Position numbers and translations under genes: made by a program | The notes under the pieces: generated by a model | Database searches by the model: none | The model's input: only the letters and a program-made list of their open reading frames with translations | What the model was told of the DNA's origin: nothing | Shown: in pieces, positions 47,948 to 60,200 of the stretch | Layout: each line of letters opens with the position of its first letter | How positions within the stretch are numbered: position 1 is the stretch's first letter | Source of the DNA: Ostrea edulis | Taxonomy: Eukaryota | Assembly (NCBI RefSeq): GCF_947568905.1 | Contig: NC_079171.1 | Coordinates: 6,820,001-6,884,000 of the forward strand | DNA length: 64,000 bases | Direction: 5' to 3'

Positions 47948-49040
47948 ATGTACAACTTATACGGTACCAATTTTGATGCACTAGATGCGCACATCGACAA
48001 GTAATGCCTTTTCAGCGTTGCTCAAGCCGTAATATTGGAAATCTGAAATATCAATAAACTTGTAAGAAATAAAAAAAAAAACAGTTTACCAAAGACTTGA
48101 GTCAAATTCGTCTAAGGATTAGAGCTACATGTATGTATGAAGGAGATAATCCTTAATTTTGAAAATGTGTATAATGTAAAACTTATATGGTACCAATTTT
48201 GATGCACCAGATGCGCATTTCGACAAATAATGTCTCTTCAGTGATGCCCAACCGAAAAGTTTAAAATCCGAAATAACTATGAAGTTTTAGATCTAGAGAT
48301 AGCCAACAACAGCGTGACAAACAAGTGGAGCCAAATTCGTCCAAGGATGAGAGCTATGCATCAGGGAGATATTCCTTAATTTTGAAATGAATTTCTAAAT
48401 TTTATAACAGCAATTAAATATACATCTGTATTTTCAAGCTAGTAACGAAGTACTTAGCTACTGCGCTGTAGAGACCCTCGGGGACTAACAGTCCACCAGC
48501 AGAGGCCTCGACCCAGGGGTCATAATGCAAAACGTATACAGTACCAATTTTGATGCACCAAATGAACATATCGACAAATATGTCTCTTCAGTTATGCTCA
48601 AGCCGAAATGTTCTAAATCTGAAATAATAATCAACTTGTAAGAACTAAAAAAAAAAAAACAGATCACCAAAGACTGGAGTCAAATTCGTCTAAGGATCAG
48701 AGCTATGTACGAGGGAGATAACCCTTGATTTTGAAATGAATTTCTTAATTTTACCACAGCAATTAAATATACATTCGTTTTTCTAAGCTAGTAACGAATT
48801 ATTTAGCTACTGGGCTGTAGAAACTCTCGGGGACTAGCAGTCCACCAGCAGAGGCTTCGACCCATTGGTCGTAATGTGAAACTTATACGGTACTACTATT
48901 GATGCACTATTGATGCACCAGGTGTACATTTCGACAAATAATGTCTCTTCAGTGGTGATCATGCCACAAAATAACAATAAACGTCTAAGAACTAAGAAGA
49001 AAACAACATAGTGTCAATGATTGGAGTCAAGTTCGTCTAA
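47948..49040 (-). mobile_element. Tandem array of ~350-nt hammerhead-bearing units (retrozyme/pLTR-like)
   Basis: Ribozyme motifs begin at ~47973, 48199, 48550 and 48910 (spacing 351 and 360 for full units). Confidence 0.88.
48199..48251 (-). ncRNA. Minimal type-I hammerhead ribozyme, core intact
   Basis: Reverse complement reads TTGGGCATCA CTGAAGA GAC-attattt-GTC GAAA TGCGCA TC^TGGTGCATCAA; cleavage 3' of 48210. Confidence 0.83.
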
Positions 49041-49799
49041 GAATCATATCGCATTTCAATGTTGATCTTGACCTTAACATTGACTGACAGAAAACGTCCA
49101 ATTAATGCTACATACATGTAAATGCGAGTTAATGGAAATGTCACTGTCATTTGAATTTGACTGACATTTGAGCAACTAGAATCGGGGCTGCAATATCGAA
49201 ACTTCACAGTTATAGAAATCAATGCACGAAGTCCGATATTCATAACAGATAAACATCGTTTATCAAATCCATTAACTCTATATCAACCCTTGTTATCATT
49301 TTGATCTATAGTATAAATATATATATCATTAAAGTGTAAGTTGAAAATAGAATATCCAATCTTGTATATCACGATGACTTTGGTAACAACAAAACTTAGC
49401 CATCCATCTATAGAAGTTCCTCTGAAGGAAACAATCAGTGCAATATTTATTTCATTTGAGAGTAGTTCTTATGTGTAAATGGGCCCATGTCTCTAAACAA
49501 GTTGATGTAAAAGATATTGGCTTAAACAAAGAACTGCAGATATTCAAGGGCAATAACCAGGTGTAAGGGTCTTCAGATCCTTTTGATTGGTCTTTCACTG
49601 ATTTTTTTTTCTGAATGTGAATTTATGAGTAAAGGTTTTGTGTCTCTGAATCGTTCAATTGAGTAACTAAGAATAGTAATATGTCTATAACATTTTTTTA
49701 AAGCAAGTGAAGTTAGTGTTTAGCAAAGGTTTGATGTTGAGTTCCTAGAATTTATAGTTAAAAACAGTAATGAAAACAGGGATTAGAGGTAGATATCTG

Positions 49800-50370
49800 A
49801 TTATTCCACAACAATTTTTGTTCACAGTAGAAATATGCAATGAATATTCGTGCCCATGGGAATTCCAACAAACTATTGGAAGACCTGATGGACAAAGACC
49901 ATCCATATATTGTCACTGAGGAACTCTAGCAAATCTTAAATGTTAACTTCGGAGTACTTGTGTGTGAAATCAGAGTGGCGTTTAACAAAGCAATTTTTTG
50001 GATGACTGATTAATAGATATGAATGTTTCTGTTTCCCATTGTGTTGGAGAAGTAACTGTAACTTATCGTGAGGAATGGTCGTGTAAAGTCTTGAAAAATC
50101 ATAGGTTTTGATGTTATTCATTTGGCAAAAGTTTTGTGATTTCAAGTTTACCTAAAGTTCTTTTGAACTTTTTAGCATTCATATTTGATTAACACCACTT
50201 CTGGCATATGTAGTAGCACAGAAAGTTTGAAATTTCTCATTCAGAATGTTATCTGTTCGTGAGGATGAAATACGAGGGATTGGTAGAGCACTTACTAGAT
50301 CCAGCAATGCATTTTTGTTTGTAAGAGTTTTTATGTACTTTAGGAATTAAGTCTTAAGGCGTGATAACAT
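49800..50370 (-). mobile_element. Decayed Penelope-like RT fragment (N-terminal half of RT)
   Basis: IKTYDFSRLYTTIPHDKL and DNIWMVFVHQVFQ*FVGIPMG motifs. Confidence 0.85.
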
Positions 50371-51889
50371 TTTGATGGTAAGAACATGATAAGCAGAACA
50401 ATATCAATAAGGATTTCCACAAAGTGGAAAGCTCTAAAATATATGGAACTCAATGTTCATTACAATTGTTCTATTTTCTTGTCACTGTTCCTATCCTTCA
50501 ACTGTTCAGCAAGAAACCCGTATATTGTATGCTCACATAAGACAGGTATCTTATATTTTTACTTAGGGGGTGCTTTTATATTAACATATTTAATCAAAAT
50601 GATCTTCTGACACCAAAACGTGAGTCATTACGGTCCTATTTAGATTCATCGTGTTGCTTCCTTGAATAATGGACTACCACTTTACCACCTTATTGAATAC
50701 AAAAGGATTTGTGTCATGAGGAGTGTTCAACCACTTTTACACTGAAATTTATTTCCTTTCTCAAGAGTTCTCTTCCATATCATATGGGAAGTCAGTCATA
50801 AAAATCATATTCTACTCATCTAGTTCTAAAACAGTAAACAAAAATGCAATCCTATATAACATATGGAATATCAAGACTGAATAGAGTCACCATTACTCCG
50901 CTCAGTTATGTCTTCACTGCTTCTTATCTTCAGGTGTTCATTTAGCTATGAAAGTAGGGTGGCATGGGATCATAACCACTAAAATAAATCATAATCATGG
51001 AGGAAAACCACGTTATACGGTAAACACATGTGTTTAAAACGTAAACCCTCTGAAAATGTCCATATTGATGAAATATGTAACATATAATGCGTTAAATTAA
51101 CACTATATGATTATTTTAGACCCGTCTTGGTCAACCCTAGGGTTGCGAAATTCACAATGTTGGCACATTCATTTCCTTAGTATAAAGTTAGTTTTCACAC
51201 AGAACAACAAAATGAAAGAAGATTATCAAGTGATCAAAACAGTTAATTACTATTTCAATTATCCCCTTGTACCAAAACCCCTACCCCTGATGTCCTGAGC
51301 ATTGTAATTTTGATAAAGGACGTGTGGGATTGATCACTGTTCGTTATCTTCACCTTTCACTAACTACCCCTTCTAAATAACTATATATTTTCAATTTAGA
51401 ATCAATAGCCATAACGAAAATGTTATCTAAATGGTTTAACAGAACACTACCTCCAGGATCATGGTATTAAGATTTTGATTAGAGGTTACCCTACATACGT
51501 ATGCATGTAGTCGTTCTCACAATTGTCTATCTATATAGCAATAACTAAATGTTAACTGACAGTTAAACTTAACAAACTTTGTTCGTCGGGGTCTAGCAGG
51601 CTACACCCAATGTGTGTCTGTCTAATCGATCGATACACTTAGCTTCCACTTTTTTTCTTTTTTTTTTGCATTTTCCCTCCTAACACATTCAATGGGACCG
51701 TATATAGTAAAGTCATTTCATATCACTGAACGCAATGTCTTTAAGGGATTTTGGACGCTGCTCCTCCGGAAATTCGATGAAGTTATGAAAAGGTTTTATC
51801 AAGACATCTGCTTCGTTTATTCGAACACGCTTGTCAAAGTATGTTCAACGCTTCAGGAGTAATAGTTTCAATCAAAAAAAAAGCACGTT

Positions 51890-52000
51890 CATTTGTTATT
51901 TCGGATTTCAAACATTTCGGTTGAGCATCACTGAAGAGACATTATTTGTCAAAATGCGCATCTGGTGCATCAAAATTGGTACCGTATAAGTTTTACATAC
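51890..52000 (+). mobile_element. Hammerhead-unit fragment with GAAA>AAAA core mutation (motif 51921-51973)
   Basis: CTGAAGAGAC..GTC AAAA TGCGCATC. Confidence 0.75.
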
Positions 52001-52809
52001 TATTGTTGGATGGAGAAGCATCAACAGTTACATAGGGCGAGTCATGCATTTTGAGCATTGATTTTCGTGTTAAATAATTTTGTCGGGTGTGTCTGATTCG
52101 GTTCACTAAAGCAATTAACATCAGCTAGCAGCAAAGCTGTCATCGTAAACATATAGCACCAATTTAAAAAAATACTGTAGACAGGTTGTAGTAACCTATA
52201 TCAGAATTTCTGCAACATATTCACTCCTGTGAAGGGCTGTTGATCAATTGCTCGTTTGTTTTACATCCCGTTGATAATTTCTCACTCCATTTACCTCATC
52301 AGAATATTTACTTATTTGTAAAATGATATCAGGATAAAGGGCTCACGGTAGGTGTGACCGGTCGACAGGGGATGCTTAATCCTCCTAGACACTTAATCCC
52401 ACCTCTCCATATTTGCCTAACTATCTACTTTGTATTGCTTATAGGAGTCATGAGATTGATCACTGTTCGTTATCTTCACCTTTCATTCAACCATCGAGTT
52501 TGTATCTCTTCTAATGGACACTCTGTCTCCGAGGATACTTGTCACTCGATATATATTCATTCATGGATGTACACAATAACGAAACAACACTGGCTGATAC
52601 GTCATCCAGTATAAAAATGTGTAGCTCTCTGGAGTCCATAAGGGACACATGCTCATACAACTCGACTGGTGTCCTTCGTATTATCCTTCGAGATATCAAA
52701 GATTTTGTCTTATATACAATCGCCAAATAGTCTGCTTTAGTACAAAATCCAAAATTCTTATACCCAAATTAAAGGTTGTTATGTTTCTTTAAGATATGTT
52801 TTGATGGTT

Positions 52810-53790
52810 CTCTTTCAGATCCGATGTACTCTATCTGAAAATGTTCTATAAAAAATGTAAAACTTGTGATATACTGATCACTAGAAATTCATTTAGTAGT
52901 AATCTCACTGGACGTAGTTTCTGCACCAAATATTTTGATAATTTGACTTAAATCTTCTACCGTTGTCAACGCTATTGATTGTAACCTGTGTAGCTTAGTT
53001 TATGTGGGGGAAACTAAGGGTTCATTTAATAAAAGAATAGCAGGGCACATATTTCAAATAAATAATGATTGTAACCAACTTCTTTATAATGTAAAACGTA
53101 TATGGTACCAATTTTGATGCACCAGCTGTGTATTTCGACAAATATTGTCTCTTCAGTAATGTTCAACCGAAATGTTTGAAATCCAAAATAACAATGAAGT
53201 TTTAGAGCAATTATAGGGAAAAACAGTGTGCCAAAAAAGTGGATTTGAATTCGTCCAAGGATAAGAGCTATGCGTGAGGGAGATAATCCTTAATTTTGAA
53301 ATGAATTTCTAAATTTTATAACAGCAATTAAATTTTAATGCACCGGATCACTCAATTAAATATATATCCGTATTTTCAAGCTAGTAACGAAGTACTTAGC
53401 TACTGGGCTGTATAGACCCTCGGGGACTAACAGTCCACCAACAGAGGCCCCGACCCAGGACTCATAATGTAAAATTTATATGGCACCAATTTTGAAGCAC
53501 CAGATGCGCATTTTCAAAAATATTGTCTCTACAGTGAAGCTCAACTGAAATATTTGAAATTCGAAATAGCAATGAAGTTTTAGAGCAATTATGGGGAACA
53601 CAAGGTGCCACAAATTTTTTTTTTTACCAAAGACTTGAGTTAAATTCGTCCAAGAATAAGAGCTATGCGTGAGGGAGATAATCCTTAATTTTGAAATGAA
53701 TTTCTAAATTTTATAACAGCAATTAAATTTTAATGCACCGGATCACTCAATCTTGCCCACGAGGGTAAGGATTTTAGAAAAACTCCTACT
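52810..53790 (+). pseudogene. Decayed GIY-YIG endonuclease of a Penelope-like element, interrupted by hammerhead-unit insertions (53089-53727)
   Basis: CKTCDILITRNSFSSNLTGRSF..LT/KSSTVVNAIDCNLCSLVYVGETKGSFNKRIAGH..QLFY [insert] FNAPDHSILPTRVRILEK. Confidence 0.8.
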
Positions 53791-55854
53791 CAAGCGAAAG
53801 TCATACAGACACGAAACCTTCGATGATGAATTCAGATTAAAACATCCTTGCGGTGGTGTTCGAGGACCCTTAAACATAGTTATTGTCTCTGGAAGTCTCT
53901 AATATCATTATTTAAGCCTATAGCTTTTACATTGATGTGGATAGAAATATGACATCACATATAATAAACCTTTGTCCTTCAGTTAAAGTCAAGATCAAGG
54001 GTTACTATCACAATGAAATTTCATTGATTTTCAAGGTGTTTTTGAATATTCTCAGATGCAATTAATCTTATTTGTTCATAAATGGACATCTAGATCCTTT
54101 TGAACACATCTAGGTCCTCTTTAAAGATTTGGAATGTTTCAACTTTACTATCTTTGATAATATTAAATGTTATCTGTGAGTGTTTAAACTTTCACTCCTA
54201 AATCGTTGACCTTTAATTGTAGGTCAAAGTCAAAGATCAAGGTAATCAATCGTTTTTGATGCTCGATTTAGATCTTAAATTCGAAATTCTGAGGTTGCGA
54301 GGTTGAAGAATTCACGTCTCCCTTACAAAATATCATAGTTGAGCCCTCTATAGTTTCTTACAACACCAAAAACATTCTTATTTTTTTTTTTTCAATTTGT
54401 AGATTGTGGAAAGCCCTCTTAATTATTCGCAAATGATTAGGATTACTAGTTCTTATTATTATCATTACTTTATATTGTTGGGTGTTTGTCCGATATCTTT
54501 TAACAATTTGTAACTTCATTTACTATATTGATTTGTTTTATGCATAAACCATGCTAAAAATGCTCATATATCCTATTGTACAAATTTATGCATTTACAAA
54601 AAAAAGTATCTAACTTTAACTCATGATAATGAATCATACGATACAGACATTCGTAGTATGTATGGTAATATAAACTTTATCGATATCTCTATTTTGATTG
54701 TCATCGGAAAATCATCTCAGCAGGAGTCAACCGACAAGATTTAAAAATACCAACTGCTTGATTGTTGTGGTTTTATATTCTGACTGCATACCTTGGAATG
54801 TTCGAATTCCGATAAATGTCACCAACGACTTACAATGGTGTTTATCGCCAATCTACATTTTTCCAAGTAATGATTTTTTTTTCCAGGAAAAGATATACAC
54901 GATTGCACAACCTATTTTTCATGTATCCTGCGATTGTTTTTTAACTGTGTTGTTTGATGGGTATTTTTGATTTTACGAAGCTCTTCAATTTAAATCGACA
55001 TAATTCGGTCATAACGATGAACACTTTGACACGAGTGCACCAAATCTTTTATGGTAGGCTATTCATTCGGCGAAAAACGTATTACGTGGATTTCCTTTAA
55101 ATCAGATAAATCAGTGATTGATATCTTAAATATGTCTTTAAGATTAAAACAGACAATTGCAGTGGGTGTAAGTGTACTCCATGTTTTCGACGCATTATAG
55201 CAAGTTGTCTGTTCTGCGAAAACTATACATGTAGATTGCCAAGTTCAAAATTGCCCATCAGCAGTCATTAGGACAGAGAAGGTAAGGAAAGATCGACCCT
55301 GCGTAAATTTTAAAGACATATACTATGTTTGTTGCAATTATACCAGGGACCGAAACATTGATTTTGTTTCATTTATGTAAATATTGTTGAATAAGACATA
55401 TGGCCGCTGTGTTAGTCTTATAAGAAATTGTTACATGCATTCAACTTCGGTAGGGGGATCCTTGTGTTTGTGCACAATACAATTTCCTGTGGAATCATTA
55501 CACCTGAAAAGTATTGATTGATATTCTGCCCATTTTTCTTTTAAAGTGCGCAGATGCATGCATTGCATGATGCATATAACATGTGGCTAATGTTTCCTAC
55601 AGACCGGGTGGTAATGTTTGTTGTTAATTGTTTGAGATTTGTAAATATCTCTTTCAAATACGTGCAATTATGGGCAAAATCAAAATGTCGATATCAATTT
55701 TTTTTTTAATTCGAATAGTTAATAAAGGGAGGATGACTCCCGTAAGTTTCTGTCATCCGACATCTATAACACTTTAGTGGAAAAGAAAAAAGACAAGTGG
55801 CTGTTCAGTATCATATTATAATACTGCATATCTTTAAACATTTGATAGTTTTAA

Positions 55855-56385
55855 AGGGACTGGTTCACGATTTTTGAGTAAAATATTTTTTTTTTCATTT
55901 TTGATGTTAAACATTAAAAATATAACTCATTTAGTGTTGACAGCCAAAATTTTGATTTTCTAAATGCAAGAATAAAAACAATATTTTAGCATTAAATCTG
56001 TGTGATGTAAACAGAGACTCGAGTCTTTTAATGTATACAAACAAACCAGTGAAACAATAATTTTGTAATATAAAGCATCTTAATTTTGCAGAGTCACAAA
56101 TTTTAACTTTTAGATGACACATATTACCCAAAGAATGGTTGAAATGTGAAAGATATGATAAACTTTGATCAATATCCATTTCTTTTGAAAATTTCGTAAG
56201 CAGAAACATACCACAATCTTTGTTTACAAAACAAATAATAAACTCCCTAAAATGAGCTTCTGTGATAATGTATGGACATGTATAACCTTATTTTTTATGT
56301 AAAATCGTTTAAACATATTAAACAGTAGATTTTGATCATTAAAAGTGAAAAACAAAATGGTGGTGAAAATCGTGAATTAGTCCCT
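55855..56385. mobile_element. Non-autonomous Kolobok-like DNA transposon (531 bp)
   Basis: TIRs AGGGACTGGTTCACGATTTT / AAAATCGTGAATTAGTCCCT; TTAA target duplication on both sides. Confidence 0.85.
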
Positions 56386-57261
56386 TTAAGGCACAGTTTC
56401 CTTTGTGAATAAACATTAGAGAAGGCATACTAAGTGTTATTTGATGGCATCTGTTTACATTTTCTACATGAAAATTTATAATATCAGTTAAAAGAAATAT
56501 GTGTATTGCGGGTGGGGGAGATGTTTTAAATATATCTTCCGTTTTCCATTGATTTATATTATGTCTTTGTTTTGTCCAATAAATAAACTTTTTTTTTGGA
56601 AAATTCATAGAATTGTATTAGCAGCTGCATTATTGTTGTTTTGTATGTCAAGGGACTGTATATTTTGTATTTTTCAAAACAAAGGGTTTGGATACAATGG
56701 TATAGGTATATTTGCAGGAAATATCGAATGTAAACATGAATTTGAAATATTCTGTAATGTAAATCTGAACATTTTATGGTGAAGAATGTGGCTATGTATA
56801 CTAATTGTGAGACCGTTCTTTTCACTGATTATGACAACATATTACTTTTTTATTTGCTAAAGATATATAGCTCGCGGTGGGTATGATCAAACAACCGGGG
56901 GTGCTTACTTCGTCTAGGCACCGGATCCCAAGTTTGGTGCGTCCAGGCGTCCGTGTCTCTTCTTCATTTGATTTGTATTAGCTATTGGATTTATGGGATT
57001 CATCGTTGTTCGTTATTATTACCTTTATATCACGTGTAAAGTGAATGGTGAAGATAACGAACAGTGATTAATCTCATAACTCCTATAAGCAATACAAAGT
57101 AGAGAGTTGGGCAAACACTGACCCCTGGATATATCAGATGTGGGATCAGATGTCTAGGAGGAGTTAGCATCTCTTGTCGACCGGTCATATCCGCCGTGAA
57201 CCCTATATTATAAATCAGGTAAATAGTATGATGATATATTTATATTGCTTTTTAATAGGGC

Positions 57262-60200
57262 ATGGCTTCAGAGAAAAGGGAAATTGAAATGAATATCTTC
57301 TCTAACAAACAGGTAAAAGGAATTTAATTGTGAGACATTCTTACTATCGTATTGTTTGATACTATTTGTTTACATTCGTAATTCATTCACTAAGTGTGTT
57401 TGTGACATATACTTCGTGTGTCTGCTACGTTTGTGTCTTTGAAGTAAGCTAAGTATGTAACGTACAATGTATGTGGGTGTGAAGTAAATTTAAAATACCA
57501 GTTGTTTTGTTTGACTGTAATTATATTGATGAAAATGTCAATACGTTAATTAATCATCTTATTCTGTCAGCAAGAAAGGGAAGTTACCATAACAGGTAAA
57601 GTTAACATAAGAGGAATATTTCATTGTTCGAGCAGTGGATTGAATCTGTAAATCACAAAAGGAAAAAGTCAATTAAAAATCAGAATATATGATAACAGAC
57701 GAAACCAGAAACTGAAAGAAGAGCGTTTTTACAACAAAGTCTCCGAGGTTTTCAACAATTCCGATGATAACAAATCTGTCCTTTAGTATGAATCAAACTT
57801 AGAAGAGGCAAACTTCGTGGTTTGTATAATTTATGAAATTTTGTAGGAAATATATTCAAATAACAGTGGATCCAGATGTTCTGATGAAAGTAACAGTGAC
57901 AGCGATAAGGGGGGGGGGGGACTGTAAGAGTGGAGTATATTTTCCTTGTAGATGAAATAATGCAATGAGTTGTATAACGAAGTATTTTGTGTCCTAATAA
58001 TATAATGGGTGTTTTAGGGAAATGCTATTATGATATAATGAATGATTTTCTACATCTATTACGAAGCACTGGAGGCGACATAGCAAGGTATTTGCGAATC
58101 GGTGACAGGGAAGGTCTAGAATATTATTTTTTTTTTTGGAACCTGTTAGCCTAACACTCCAGGGGTCTCCTATCACGAAGGATGTAGATATTATGATATA
58201 TTAACACGCAAAGCCATGTGATATATGCTAAATAACGTTTCAAAAAAAATATGTTAATGTAATGTGAAGATAACGAACAGTGGTCGATCTCATAAGTCAT
58301 ATAAGTAATACAAAATAGATAGTTGGGCAAACACGGATTCATGAATATACCAGAAGTGAGGTGGGGTGCCTAGTAGGAGTTATAATCCCCTTTTAAGATT
58401 ATTATTATACAACGTTGGCTCACACTGACACACGAATGAAATTTAATTCAAAGTGAAAAAACTTAACTTTGATAATAATTATAACGTACATTAACGTTGT
58501 TGTTGTTGATATTCATAATTTGGGATCGGCTAAAATTTCAGATTTTTTTCCTGCTCTACAATGGTTCATGGCCGTTGTATCTGTTTCTAGAGTGAATACA
58601 TTGTCCAGTAGTAATTATTCTTCTGAATCTGTTGTTTTTAGAAAATCCGTAACTGTAAAACGGAGACTTGGATAAAACTACCACACACAGAGTAGCAATG
58701 AATAATTGATAGACAATGTTCAGAACATCACATCATGTCCCATCAAAAGATAAATCATCCTCGACATATCCATTCACAACAGATAATGAGTTGATACTTC
58801 AAACAACAGATTGGATAAGATTACCATACACAAAATCATAAAACATTTAAAATAGGCTATTGGGGGAAGACGCAAACCTGAATATGTCAGGGGTGGGATC
58901 ATGTACCTAAGAGGAGTAAACATCATCTGTCGACCGGTCACATTTACCCAAACTCACTCTGACAGATCTACTAGATACCCCCTTTTACAAAACACCACTG
59001 TCATATAAAGATAGTTCTACATGTATGGGGTGTGAAGATATTGAACAGTGATCAATCTCATAATCCCTATAAGTAATACAAAATAGAGAATTGGACAAAT
59101 ACGAACTCTTGGATATATCTGAGGTGGGATCAGGTACAGGGCACAATGAAATGTTGCTACATGACTGTTGGAAGTCTACGGCGGAGAAACTAAAATAATC
59201 CCGTTTGTCACATACTTGAGTTGTTAGTTTAACGTTTATATATATTTCCCACAAGATATCTAAGCAAAAAGCAGATGTGCAGCAATCTGTGGTGTCCTTT
59301 ATTTCGCTTTCACAGGGATATATTGAATCGACCTATAAAATGGTTATTGGTAATAGACTTAAATATTGTCATTCAGTCTTTACAAACATGTGAAATGTGC
59401 CGGTAGAAAAAGGTATGCACAGCGCTTTTTATCTGTCATAAATGTGTGTATGTTAATAATGGAAACTAATTCTTACCCTAGAAATCACTCATTTGTCTGT
59501 GTTTGATCAAGGATATTCAAGACTACGATGTTCTACATGGCATACCACGATGCAATAGTTTCGCTGGGATGAGAATCGTTGAATTCTTTGATAGAGGTAT
59601 GATTCATTTTCTGCCTTAAGATATGTGAAAGTATATTAAATAAGTTTAAAGTTGTCCATTATAGAAACTTGTGGGATATATACATGTATGTATATACATG
59701 TAAAACTTATACGGTACAAATTTTGATGCACCAGATGCGCATTTCGACAAATTATGTCTCTTCAGTGGTGCTCAACCGAAATGTTTGAAATCGGAAACAA
59801 CAATGAAATTTTAGAGCTATTATAGGCAAAAACAGTGTGCCAAAAAGGTGGAGTCAAATTCGTTTAAGGATAAGAGCTATGCGTGAGGGAGATAATCCTT
59901 AATTTTGAAATGAATTTCTAAATTTTATACATACTATTAAATCAGTTCTCACATTGTATATTGTTAAACGTCCCTCTCGAGAATTTGTCACTCATACGGA
60001 TACGTCATTTATACATTACATAGGATTTGTGTCAAATTCTTTAACTTCGATTTCTCGAACCCTCGGATATATCGAAGTTTTTCTTTGATCCTAACAAGTT
60101 TGACATATAGAAGTTTACTTGTATAAACTTTCTCGAAAAAATTGAACCGATACTAGTATATACCCAGTTGGGTTCAAATATCATAACAACGTACCACAAT

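Noticed and set aside
52800-52856. In-frame TGA codons near the GIY-YIG start, suggesting a selenocysteine-type element
   Set aside because: The copy is frameshifted and decayed, so stops are better explained as mutations; no SECIS identified
57650-57915. Acidic/Ser-rich frame (..SNNSGSRCSDESNSDSDK) in the MIB-like intron
   Set aside because: Interrupted by stops and lacks a GT donor
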